From: a virus
Taxonomy: Duplodnaviria; Caudoviricetes
DNA length: 55,845 nt
Virus record (IMG/VR): IMGVR_UViG_3300032235_000724
Location: 1 to 55,845 of that record
Direction: 5' to 3' (one strand)
Below, in pieces: positions 19,768 through 28,645 of the stretch. Every line of letters begins with the position of its first letter. Position 1 is the stretch's first letter. The notes under the pieces were generated by a model. It had not been told where the DNA came from. It ran no database searches and worked only from the letters and a program-made list of their open reading frames with translations. A program made the translations under genes and the position numbers.

Positions 19768-20304
19768 ATGAAGGAAGAACTGGAAAACAAGATTCGTGAA
19801 AAATATCCTAAAATGTTCGTTAAGGAAACCGTCACAAAGCGGGATGGTACTACTTTTGAACGGAATGCCTGTTGGGAAATCGCTGTTGGTGACGGCTGGT
19901 ATGACCTTGTTGATTCCCTATGCGGCGTCATCCAGAACGAAGTAGATAACGATATTATCCAGCATGGCTATCGTGTAAAGCGTGGCGAAGCCAAGGAAGA
20001 GGATAAGCCACAACAGGTAATCCCTGTTCAGATAAAAGAAAAGTTTGGTGGTCTGCGGTTCTATATCAACGGCGGCAATGACCGTGTTTACGGCGCTATC
20101 CATGCAGCAGAAAGTATGAGTTACCGTATCTGCGAGAACTGCGGTAATCCTGGTAAACCTAATAGCGACGGCTGGATTAAAGTTTATTGTGATCCATGCA
20201 ATGAACTTGACAAGCGCCGCAGGGAAGAGTATAACGCCGAAATGGAAGCGCGAGCAGCGCAATATAGGGCGGAACGAGCCGCCAAGGAGCAGACAGATGG
20301 ATAA
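19768..20304 (+). CDS. Conserved phage hypothetical protein with Zn finger
   Basis: QIKEKFGGLRFY, CENCGNPG, GWI..CDPC; GGAGG RBS. Confidence 0.7.
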   Translation: MKEELENKIREKYPKMFVKETVTKRDGTTFERNACWEIAVGDGWYDLVDSLCGVIQNEVDNDIIQHGYRVKRGEAKEEDKPQQVIPVQIKEKFGGLRFYINGGNDRVYGAIHAAESMSYRICENCGNPGKPNSDGWIKVYCDPCNELDKRRREEYNAEMEARAAQYRAERAAKEQTDG

Positions 20305-20383
20305 CGATGGCCCGCAGAACGAGATCATTATGAAGAAGACCGAGATTAGTAAGAAGCAACGGAGGTTACTCCCAGCTGGCTAA
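20297..20383 (+). CDS. Probable N-terminal segment of the deaminase, out of frame by one base
   Basis: AAGGAG RBS; removing one C near 20371 gives ISKKQRRLLQLAKKMATTS continuing into the 20388 frame. Confidence 0.45.
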   Translation: MDNDGPQNEIIMKKTEISKKQRRLLPAG

Positions 20384-20387
20384 AAAA

Positions 20388-20744
20388 ATGGCCACCACTT
20401 CCCAGTACGGTAACTTTCGGCATGGTGCCGTCCTTGTTGGAGGAGGTAATGCTATTCTTGGTATTGGCGTAAATAATGAGAAGTATTGTTCTGTTGGTGC
20501 AAAACATCGTCATCCCAACAAGGGTGTTAGCACCTATCACGCAGAAATTTCTTGTATTTTAGGGATTGAGAGAAAGGCTATTCGTGGTTCTACTATATAT
20601 GTGGCAAGAGCCTCTAAAGCATCAGGGGAAGATCGTATGAGTAAGCCCTGTCCAATGTGTCATGCTGTGCTTGCCTCTCAGGGTGTTAGAAAGGTCTTTT
20701 ACACTGTCGACAAAGACAATGTTGGTTTTTATAGAATATATTAG
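20388..20744 (+). CDS. Zn-dependent cytidine/dCMP deaminase-like protein
   Basis: HGAVLV, HAE, PCPMC motifs. Confidence 0.85.
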   Translation: MATTSQYGNFRHGAVLVGGGNAILGIGVNNEKYCSVGAKHRHPNKGVSTYHAEISCILGIERKAIRGSTIYVARASKASGEDRMSKPCPMCHAVLASQGVRKVFYTVDKDNVGFYRIY

Positions 20745-20752
20745 AGCCTTTA

Positions 20753-20785
20753 TTAACCTTCCTACTATATATTAAAGGAGGTTAA
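20753..20785 (+). promoter_or_regulatory. RBS-sequestering hairpin with CTATATATT motif in the loop
   Basis: TTAACCTTCCT pairs with AGGAGGTTAA (one bulge) just before ATG 20790. Confidence 0.7.
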
Positions 20786-20789
20786 ATCT

Positions 20790-21566
20790 ATGATAGGCAT
20801 TTATCAAATAAAAAATAAAGTGAATGGAAAAATTTATATAGGTAGCTCTGTTAACATAGATAAAAGATGGAAATACCATAGATATTATTTAAATAAAAAT
20901 GAACATCACAATGTTTTGCTACAGCGTTCTTGGAACTTATATGGCGAATCAAATTTTGAATTTGAAATAATAGAACAGTTTGATGACCCAGCCCTCCTAT
21001 TAGAGAGAGAACAACATTATCTGGATACATTACAGACAACAAAACCAGAAAATGGTTATAATCTTTGCCCAAACGCTAATAGTATGAGAGGTTATAAGTA
21101 TTCAGAAGAGCAAAAACAAAAAATGAGCGAGTTAAGAAAAGGCCAAGGAAATCAGCACTATGGCAAGAAACACTCAGAAGAGACAAAGAAAAAGATTGGG
21201 CAAATAAATAGCACAAAAGTCAGAACAGAAGAAACAAAAAGAAAACTTGCCGAAATAACCAGAGAGAGAATGGCAAACTTGAAAGAAACCAACCCAGAAA
21301 AATTTGAAGCGATTGTGTCAAATATAAAAAAAGCAAGAATTGGTAAACCGTTAACAGAACAGGCAAAGAAAAAACTTTCTGAAAGTGCCAAGAAAAGGGT
21401 TGGTGATGATAGCAGCAATGCAAAATTAAATACCGAACAAGTTATAGAAATAAGGAAAGCATATGCTGCTGGTAATAAGATAGGAAAACTGGCAAAACGT
21501 TATAATGTAACAAAAACAACAATAAGTTATATTGTTAAATATAAAAGCTGGAAGCATATTCCATAA
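20790..21566 (+). mobile_element. Free-standing GIY-YIG homing endonuclease with NUMOD3 repeats and C-terminal HTH
   Basis: GIYQIKNKVNGKIYIGSS, LLEREQ, GYN; HSEETKKKI-type repeats; NAKL..EIR..LAKRYNV..W. Confidence 0.93.
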
Positions 21567-21567
21567 T

Positions 21568-21747
21568 AACCTGCCCCGTAGTGCCACAAAGGGTGCAGTT
21601 ATGTATGTTGCCCGTGCAAGTAAAGGCAGTCACGAAGATCGTATGAGTCGGCCTTGTCCCATGTGCCATGCCGTTATGGAGGAGCGCGGGATCAAGGCCG
21701 TTTTTTATTCTGTCGATGACGAGCGTATCGGAACCTACAAGTTTTAG
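21568..21747 (+). pseudogene. Stranded second copy of the deaminase 3' half
   Basis: NLPRSATKGAVMYVARASKGSHEDRMSRPCPMCHAV aligns without gaps to GIERKAIRGSTIYVARASKASGEDRMSKPCPMCHAV; lacks HAE. Confidence 0.85.
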
Positions 21748-21755
21748 AGGATAAA

Positions 21756-22070
21756 ATGAAAAATAAACTACTTTATGAAGCCCTATATAAAGCCTATAAT
21801 ATTGCAGAAGGCCAGTTTTCGGGCATACCGGACTGTTGCATCATGGAGTTCAATAATGGAAGAACTTGGCAAACAATGATCAACAGGATAAAATCTCAAA
21901 AAGAGAAAGCAGAGATTACCAAAAACTGGTCATATGTTCCCTGTCAAGATTGTATTGACAATAAACGATATGGACAAGTAAAAGAAGGCAGTTCGCATAT
22001 TGGAGAATTGCTACTATTCCTAATGGAAAAGGTGACAAAACAAGATGAAGAGAATATTGGTAATCGATAG
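21756..22070 (+). CDS. Hypothetical protein
   Basis: GAGG RBS; GIPDCCI and YVPCQDC motifs. Confidence 0.6.
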   Translation: MKNKLLYEALYKAYNIAEGQFSGIPDCCIMEFNNGRTWQTMINRIKSQKEKAEITKNWSYVPCQDCIDNKRYGQVKEGSSHIGELLLFLMEKVTKQDEENIGNR

Positions 22071-23013
22071 CCTAAATGCATTCGTCAGAGCCTACAGCGC
22101 AGATCCAACCGTAAATGCAAAAGGTATACCCGTTGGCGGCATTCGTGGATATCTAAAAATCCTACAAAAAATGCTAAGAGTTACCAACCCAGACAAAGTT
22201 ATTATTTGCTGGGACGGCGAAGGCGGTAGCAAGAAGCGTAAGAATATGTTTGAGGGTTACAAGGCTGGGCGTAATCCTCTTACAATCAATAGCAGCATCA
22301 AGGCAAGTGCCGAAGACGAACTAAAAAACCGTATCTGGCAGGAAACTCGCCTTGTAGAGTATCTAAATACGCTGCCAATCATACAGATTATGACAGACGG
22401 CGTAGAGGCAGACGATCTTATTGCACTTGTCTGCAAGGACATAAAATATGTTCATTATCAAAAAGTTATTGTAAGCAACGACAAGGACTTTATCCAGTTG
22501 TGCGACAAGGATACAATCCTGTATCGTCCAGTAAAGGAGCAGATTTTAAATATTAAATCTGTTGTTGAAGAATATGGAATACATCCCTACAATTTTGCTG
22601 TTGCTCGGGCTATCGTCGGTGACACATCTGATAATCTACCCGGCGTTAAGGGGGCTGGCCTCGCTACTATTGCAAAACGCTTCCCGTTTCTTGCAGAAGA
22701 AAAAGAATACAGCCTTGACGACATATACCTACACTGTCGCGAACATACGGGCGAAGTCAAGATTTATAAGGGAATATTATCAGAACAAAAACAAATAAAA
22801 CTAAATCACCGTATGATGCAGTTGCAGTATCGCCTTGTCCCAACTGAAACAAAGAAACAAATCTTTAGGGATATAAAGGACGCAGAATGCATATACAATA
22901 AAGACAAGTATATAAAGTACTGTACGGAAGATGGCTTTATGGACATAAACTTCACTGAACTATTCAGCCACATGGAAAAGATACACCTTGAAAACTGCAG
23001 CGAGAAGCAGTAG
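22045..23013 (+). CDS. 5'-3' exonuclease / flap endonuclease (RNase H-like)
   Basis: ILVIDSLN, YKAGR, VEADDLIA, IVSNDKDFIQL, GDTSDNLPGVKGAG. Confidence 0.92.
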   Translation: MKRILVIDSLNAFVRAYSADPTVNAKGIPVGGIRGYLKILQKMLRVTNPDKVIICWDGEGGSKKRKNMFEGYKAGRNPLTINSSIKASAEDELKNRIWQETRLVEYLNTLPIIQIMTDGVEADDLIALVCKDIKYVHYQKVIVSNDKDFIQLCDKDTILYRPVKEQILNIKSVVEEYGIHPYNFAVARAIVGDTSDNLPGVKGAGLATIAKRFPFLAEEKEYSLDDIYLHCREHTGEVKIYKGILSEQKQIKLNHRMMQLQYRLVPTETKKQIFRDIKDAECIYNKDKYIKYCTEDGFMDINFTELFSHMEKIHLENCSEKQ

Positions 23014-23016
23014 TAT
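22988..23016 (+). promoter_or_regulatory. Sigma70-type promoter
   Basis: TTGAAA-N17-TAGTAT upstream of the helicase GGAGG RBS. Confidence 0.55.
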
Positions 23017-23034
23017 GCAACACATGGAGGATAC

Positions 23035-24408
23035 ATGAGCGAGCGACAAGACTTTTCAGTCTACGGAACGAAGTTTCAAGAAAACCTGTGTACACTTATC
23101 TTAGACGACAGCCAGTTTGCTGCGCAAATCGGCGAGGTTCTGGATTTCAACTTCCTGGAACTAAAATATCTACGTACCTTTACTCAAAAGGTATATGACT
23201 ACCGTAAGCGTTATGGTGTTCATCCATCACGCGATACAATGATGACCGTTATTAAAGCCGAACTTGGCAACGAAAACGAAGTTGTCCAAAAGCAAACCCG
23301 TGAGTTCTTTGCCCGTATCATCAGCGATGGCATGATCTCAGACGGTCATGAATATATTAAAGAAACCTCACTTGATTTCTGTAAGAAGCAGAAGTTGAAG
23401 GAGGCCATGATCAAGAGCGTTGAACTTATTAAGAGTTCTTCCTATGACGAGGTTAGCAAAACTATCAATGACGCACTTAAACTTGGTACAGATAACAATC
23501 ATGGTTATGATTATGTCGTTGATTTTGAGAAGCGTTTCGAGCTTAAGGCCCGCAATCCAGTATCTATGGGATGGGATCTTATTGACAACATTACTCGGGG
23601 TGGTTTGGGCCGTGGTGAACTTGGTGTCGTCATTGCTCCTACAGGGGCTGGCAAGAGTATGGCACTTGTCCATTTGGGTGCGAATGCTCTACGCCTTGGA
23701 TATAACGTTGTTCACTACACTTTGGAACTTTCTGACAAGGTAATCGGCACCCGTTATGACAGTTGCCTTACTGGCCTTGGGTTGACCGATGTCTTTAACC
23801 ATAAGGAACAAGTTCTTGAAATGGTCAAGAACCTAAAGGGCCACCTTATTGTCAAGGAATATCCTACAAAGAGCGCCAGTACAAACACGATCAAGGCCCA
23901 TCTTGATAAGTTGAAGGCTCATGGACACCGTGTAGACTTTGTAATCGTGGATTACGGCGATCTCCTAAAGCCAACAAGCAAGGAAAAGGAGAAGCGCGCC
24001 GAACTTGAGAGCATTTATGAAGAAATGCGCGGCATTGCCCAACTTCATAACTGCACTCTATGGACGGCGTCACAGACCAACCGTACCGGCCTAAATGCAG
24101 AAGTTATTACTATGGAAAGCATCAGCGAAGCGTTCAACAAGTGCTTCGTTGCAGACTTTATCTGCACGATTTCTCGTACAATCAAGGACAAGGCAAGCAA
24201 CGAAGGACGTATGTATATTGCAAAGAACCGCAACGGACCAGACGGCATGGTTTATCCAATCTTTATGGATACAAAGAATGTAAAGATTAAAGTCCTACAG
24301 GAAAGCAATGAAAGTGCAAGTGAGATTATTGCACGTTCTACAAAGGACCAAGAAGAGAATCTCCGAAAGAAATATAAGGAGTTCAAGAAGGAAAAGAAGA
24401 CTACTTAA
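23035..24408 (+). CDS. Replicative DNA helicase (DnaB/gp41-like)
   Basis: APTGAGKS, YTLELS, KEYPT, IVDYGDL, WTASQTNR, KNRNGPDG. Confidence 0.92.
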   Translation: MSERQDFSVYGTKFQENLCTLILDDSQFAAQIGEVLDFNFLELKYLRTFTQKVYDYRKRYGVHPSRDTMMTVIKAELGNENEVVQKQTREFFARIISDGMISDGHEYIKETSLDFCKKQKLKEAMIKSVELIKSSSYDEVSKTINDALKLGTDNNHGYDYVVDFEKRFELKARNPVSMGWDLIDNITRGGLGRGELGVVIAPTGAGKSMALVHLGANALRLGYNVVHYTLELSDKVIGTRYDSCLTGLGLTDVFNHKEQVLEMVKNLKGHLIVKEYPTKSASTNTIKAHLDKLKAHGHRVDFVIVDYGDLLKPTSKEKEKRAELESIYEEMRGIAQLHNCTLWTASQTNRTGLNAEVITMESISEAFNKCFVADFICTISRTIKDKASNEGRMYIAKNRNGPDGMVYPIFMDTKNVKIKVLQESNESASEIIARSTKDQEENLRKKYKEFKKEKKTT

Positions 24409-24433
24409 TAAACCATCAGAGAAAGGTCTGGTT

Positions 24434-25396
24434 ATGTCAATTATAACTCCTCGCCCAAGTTACGGGCCGCACGAATACCCAAAGGCGTATGAATATTTTC
24501 AAAAGCAACAAATGGCCCACTGGTTACCTTGGGAAATCCAAATGGGTAGTGACATCAACGATTGGATGCTTAAACTAAGTGAAACCGACCGCCATGTTAT
24601 CGGTTCAATCCTTAAAGGTTTCACGCAAACAGAAATCTTTATCCAGGATTACTGGTCCAATAAGGTTGCAAACTGGTTTAAGAAACCAGAAATCCAGATG
24701 ATGGCTAATAGCTTTGCTGGTTTTGAGAGCATCCACGCTGCTGGTTATTCCTATCTTGAAGAATCACTAGGTATTCAGAACTATGAAGCGTTCTTGCATG
24801 AACCAACAGCAAAAGCCAAGATTGACCGCCTTATGGAAACAAAAGGCAAGTCGCGTAGAGATATTGCATTATCGCTTGCTATCTTTTCGGCATTTAATGA
24901 GGGAGTAAATTTGTTTTCCTCATTTGCCGTACTGATGAGCTTTCCACAGCGCAATATGCTTAAGGGACTTGGACAAATTGTAAGTTGGTCTATCAAGGAT
25001 GAAAGTTTACATAGTGAGGCCGGATGCTGGCTATTCCGCCAACTTATTGAGGAGTTCCCAGAGCTACTTGATGACGAACTAAAAGAGGCTATTTATGAGG
25101 CTGCACGCCTGACAGTTAAACTTGAAGATGAGTTTATCGATAAGGCATTCATGAAGGGCGATCTGCCAAACCTATCAGCACACGACCTTAAAAACTATAT
25201 TCGTCACCGTGCAAATACAAAACTTCAAGACCTTGGACTAAAGAGTAACTGGAAAAACTTAGATAAAGAATCGCTTGAAAGACTGGAGTGGTTTAGTGTA
25301 CTATCTAGCGGCGTTGAACTACAGGATTTCTTTGCTGGACGCGTTTCCGATTATGCCAAATCAACAGCTGAATTTGAAGGAGTATGGGATGAGTAA
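24434..25396 (+). CDS. nrdB: Ribonucleotide reductase class I beta subunit
   Basis: HWLPWEI, ESIHAAGYS, EGVNLFSSF, DESLH, DFFAGRVSDY. Confidence 0.93.
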   Translation: MSIITPRPSYGPHEYPKAYEYFQKQQMAHWLPWEIQMGSDINDWMLKLSETDRHVIGSILKGFTQTEIFIQDYWSNKVANWFKKPEIQMMANSFAGFESIHAAGYSYLEESLGIQNYEAFLHEPTAKAKIDRLMETKGKSRRDIALSLAIFSAFNEGVNLFSSFAVLMSFPQRNMLKGLGQIVSWSIKDESLHSEAGCWLFRQLIEEFPELLDDELKEAIYEAARLTVKLEDEFIDKAFMKGDLPNLSAHDLKNYIRHRANTKLQDLGLKSNWKNLDKESLERLEWFSVLSSGVELQDFFAGRVSDYAKSTAEFEGVWDE

Positions 25397-25688
25397 AATT
25401 GAAGAAATTGATGAAATCAGTAAGACCAAGAAAGTAGTTGTAATGGTTGCTGCATGTGCATGGTGCAATCCATGCAAGCTAAAGAAACCAACCTTCCTTG
25501 CACTTAAGGAAAAGTATCCTGATATCCATATGGAAATCGTTGATAGCGATGATGAACCAGAGTTCAAGCAGGAACATATGGTAAAGACACTGCCAACATT
25601 TATCAAGCTTCAGAACACAGAAGAAACTGGACGAATGGAGGGCGCAAAGCAGACGATGGCTCAACTTGAAGAGTGGATTTTGGCATGA
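25389..25688 (+). CDS. Thioredoxin
   Basis: WCNPC active site, VKTLPTFI; next to nrdB. Confidence 0.85.
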   Translation: MSKIEEIDEISKTKKVVVMVAACAWCNPCKLKKPTFLALKEKYPDIHMEIVDSDDEPEFKQEHMVKTLPTFIKLQNTEETGRMEGAKQTMAQLEEWILA

Positions 25689-26230
25689 GAATGATTTTAA
25701 AAGAAGTATCTGGACGGGATTATGTCTATCACAATTCGCCCAATCCAGATATAGATGTATTCGTGCCAAGACCTTTTTGGCATAGTGAAGATTGGAGCGA
25801 ATCTACAGGAGACGAAACACCAGATTTTATAAAAGATGATGTTGTTTTTGCTATAGATAAAAACAAAGTTCCTTTTTATGCCCTACCAAGGGATACACCT
25901 AGAATACTTTTAAATCAATTTCATGATGCGTCAAAAAAGTTTTTAAAACTGACAAGCGCAAGTATTATGCTCTTGCCAAAAGCAGAGAAAACAAGTATAG
26001 TATCTCATTCTTGGACCGAATATCGTTTTGATAAAAAAGATTTTGAGAAAATGCCAACAGATGAATGGATTTCAAGAAAAGCAGTAAAACCAATTGGTAA
26101 AACATCCCATAAAGATCCTATTTCCTTTTTAAAAAAAAGTGGTTATAAGGTAATTTGGGTTGATAATTTATCAAAGATAGCAAGCCTACTTATTAATAAA
26201 AATCTGCCATTCGATGCAGAAAATATCTAA
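25685..26230 (+). CDS. Hypothetical protein resembling DUF6886 / ADP-ribosyltransferase-like fold
   Basis: YVYHNS..DIDVFVPR, VFAID..Y.LPRDTPRI; N-terminal ILKE leader. Confidence 0.5.
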   Translation: MRMILKEVSGRDYVYHNSPNPDIDVFVPRPFWHSEDWSESTGDETPDFIKDDVVFAIDKNKVPFYALPRDTPRILLNQFHDASKKFLKLTSASIMLLPKAEKTSIVSHSWTEYRFDKKDFEKMPTDEWISRKAVKPIGKTSHKDPISFLKKSGYKVIWVDNLSKIASLLINKNLPFDAENI

Positions 26231-26475
26231 TGATAGAACCAATAGTTATATCTTGCCGGATATGCAAAAAGGAACTACTACAACTAACTGATCAAAAACA
26301 AATAGATTTTCACAATCGTGATATTGCCCCGCATGAACCACGGGGCATTAAAATTTCAGAAATATATATGTGTAGCGAGTGTTCACACAAAATAACAGAA
26401 AAGTGGGATAAAAATGGAAAACGTACAAGGACTAGTAGAAAAGTGGGAACAAAGCGGTCTTCTGGAGGGAGTTAA
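26230..26475 (+). CDS. Small Zn-ribbon protein
   Basis: CRIC and CSEC; start overlaps upstream stop (TAATG). Confidence 0.5.
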   Translation: MIEPIVISCRICKKELLQLTDQKQIDFHNRDIAPHEPRGIKISEIYMCSECSHKITEKWDKNGKRTRTSRKVGTKRSSGGS

Positions 26476-26839
26476 GGATAGAGTTTTTATGTCACAAGCA
26501 CTAGAAATGTCAGCAGTTGAACTTGTAAATAAAGTTGAAAGTGGTAAGATAACATCTGAGCAACTAAAGTCTTGTGGTCCACTGCTATTTCCGCTAGTAT
26601 ACAAGGCGTTCTGGGATAAGAGTTATAGGGTACAAACTGAGACTGCGGAATCCGCAGCAGCTGTTTCTGTGTTTGTAGGTACAAACGGTATGACAGTGGA
26701 TACCGAACCAGATGTCGTTCATAAATATGGAACACATCTGAGTCGCTTACTTGATGAAGTTCAAGATGTGGCAACACTGTGCAAGATTGAAGTTCAACCG
26801 CGTGAAACCGGCTTTCATCTAGTTACGCATCTACTATAA
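26414..26839 (+). CDS. Protein resembling the N-terminus of gp23-type major capsid proteins
   Basis: LVEKWEQSGLLEG..MSQALE..LFPLVYKAF. Confidence 0.55.
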   Translation: MENVQGLVEKWEQSGLLEGVKDRVFMSQALEMSAVELVNKVESGKITSEQLKSCGPLLFPLVYKAFWDKSYRVQTETAESAAAVSVFVGTNGMTVDTEPDVVHKYGTHLSRLLDEVQDVATLCKIEVQPRETGFHLVTHLL

Positions 26840-26849
26840 AGGCATAAAA

Positions 26850-28580
26850 ATGACTCTTGAAGAACTAAAAGAAAGCGGAAAAGCACCAAGCTGGCTAACC
26901 GATGAAGGGTTCCAGACCCTCTCTGCCGGTTACCTACTACAAGGTGAAACTCCTCTTGATATGTATAAGCGTGTTGCCCATGCAGCAGCATCGCAATACG
27001 ATGAACCATTACGGGGCCAACTAGAAGCACGCTTCCTAAAATATATCTATAATAACTGGCTATGTCTTGCTACTCCTGTTGCGAGCAACGCAGGCACAGA
27101 GCGTGGTCTACCTATTAGTTGCTATGGTCAGTATATGGGTGATAGCGTAAGTGATATTTTTAAGACCTATCATGAAGCAGCTATGCTTACAAAGAACGGC
27201 GGTGGTGTTGGCACCTACGTTGGCAAGATCCGTGCGCGTGGCTCCCAGATCAAGGGAAACGGCCATAGCGAAGGCGTTGTGCCTTGGTTGCGTGTACATG
27301 AGCAGACGTTCCAATCAGTAGGCCAAGGCGGCGTCCGTCGTGGCGCTACAGCAGTTTATCTAGACGCAGAACACGGTGACATTGATGAATTTATTGATAT
27401 TAGAAGACCTACAGGCGATATTAGTAGGCGGTGTCTTTCTAACAATTTCCACCATGCTGTTGTATATGGTGATGGATTTATTAATCGAGCAATCGACGGA
27501 GACAGCCATGCACGCGGAGTCTGGGAAAAAGGACTCCGAACAAGACTAGAAACCGGCGAACACTATATGATGTTCCGCGATAATGCTAACCGTGACCTCC
27601 CAGCCGGTTATGTCAAGAATGGACTAAAAGTTTCAACTTCACAACTTTGCAATGAGATTTATTTATACAATGATGAACAACATACATTTGTATGCTGCCT
27701 TAGCAGCGTCAACCTTGCCAGATACGACGAATGGAAGAATGATGGTCAGTTTCTTAAGGACTGTATTTATTTCCTTGATGCAATTATGGAAGAGTTTATC
27801 CAGAAGGCTTCAAAGATCGAAGGATTTGAGAAAGCTGTACGATTCTCTGTTAAGTCTCGCGCACTCGGTCTTGGCGTACTCGGCTGGCATACGCTATTAC
27901 AAAGCAAGTTAATCCCATTTGATAGTTTTGAAGCAATGGAACTTAATGCTCAGATTTTCCGCACTCTTGATAAGAAAACACTAGAAGCCAGCAAGGAACT
28001 AGGTGTCCTAAAAGGCGTACCAGAATGGTGTGTAGATACCCGCAATAGCCACCGTCTTGCTGTTGCTCCAACGGTAAGCAACTCGCTTATCAGCGGCGGA
28101 GTCTCACAGGGTATTGAACCTATTATTGCAAACTACTACGCCCAAAAGAGCGCAAAGGGTACATTCGTTCGTAAGAACCCAGCACTCCAAGGTTTATTAT
28201 GGTCCAAGGGTATGGATAACTTTGACACATGGCAACAAATCAACAGCGATGGTGGAAGTGTAGCCGGTCTAAAGGGCTTAAGCGAACTTGAGAAAGAAGT
28301 GTTTGCAACTGCCCGTGAAGTAAACCAGCACGCCATTATTAAGCAAGCAGCCCAGCGTCAACGCTGGATTGACCAAGGCCAAAGCGTAAATCTATTTTTT
28401 GCTGCACCTGCATCATTAAGCATAGATGATAAGAAGCAGCTTGGTAAGTATATTCATGAAGTACATATGGAAGCGTGGCGTGGTGGATTAAAGGGTCTTT
28501 ATTATCTACGAGGTGAGTCAATTTTGAAAGCAGATAATATTTATAGAAGTAGCGGCGAATGCAAGGCATGTGAAGGTTAG
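26850..28580 (+). CDS. nrdA: Ribonucleotide reductase class I alpha subunit (no ATP cone)
   Basis: ATPVASN, GLPISC, QGGVRRGA, SQLCNEI, CCLSSVN, APTVSNS, IDQGQSVNL, LYYLR, C-terminal CKACEG. Confidence 0.93.
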   Translation: MTLEELKESGKAPSWLTDEGFQTLSAGYLLQGETPLDMYKRVAHAAASQYDEPLRGQLEARFLKYIYNNWLCLATPVASNAGTERGLPISCYGQYMGDSVSDIFKTYHEAAMLTKNGGGVGTYVGKIRARGSQIKGNGHSEGVVPWLRVHEQTFQSVGQGGVRRGATAVYLDAEHGDIDEFIDIRRPTGDISRRCLSNNFHHAVVYGDGFINRAIDGDSHARGVWEKGLRTRLETGEHYMMFRDNANRDLPAGYVKNGLKVSTSQLCNEIYLYNDEQHTFVCCLSSVNLARYDEWKNDGQFLKDCIYFLDAIMEEFIQKASKIEGFEKAVRFSVKSRALGLGVLGWHTLLQSKLIPFDSFEAMELNAQIFRTLDKKTLEASKELGVLKGVPEWCVDTRNSHRLAVAPTVSNSLISGGVSQGIEPIIANYYAQKSAKGTFVRKNPALQGLLWSKGMDNFDTWQQINSDGGSVAGLKGLSELEKEVFATAREVNQHAIIKQAAQRQRWIDQGQSVNLFFAAPASLSIDDKKQLGKYIHEVHMEAWRGGLKGLYYLRGESILKADNIYRSSGECKACEG

Positions 28581-28591
28581 ATTAAGGATAC

Positions 28592-28634
28592 ACCCACCCC
28601 GCCTCTTAACAATGCGCCTCTGGGTGGGTTTTTT
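28592..28634 (+). terminator. Terminator-like hairpin with a 22-nt loop
   Basis: ACCCACCC / GGGTGGGT plus T run; loop contains CGCCTCTTAACA. Confidence 0.55.
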
Positions 28635-28645
28635 ATGGAGATAAA

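Noticed and set aside
20745-21567. Group I intron carrying the GIY-YIG gene
   Set aside because: There is almost no non-coding sequence on either side for a ribozyme core, and the upstream gene already has a complete C-terminus.
20598-21674. Diversity-generating retroelement TR/VR pair
   Set aside because: Differences are mostly synonymous and not adenine-specific; no reverse transcriptase in the window.
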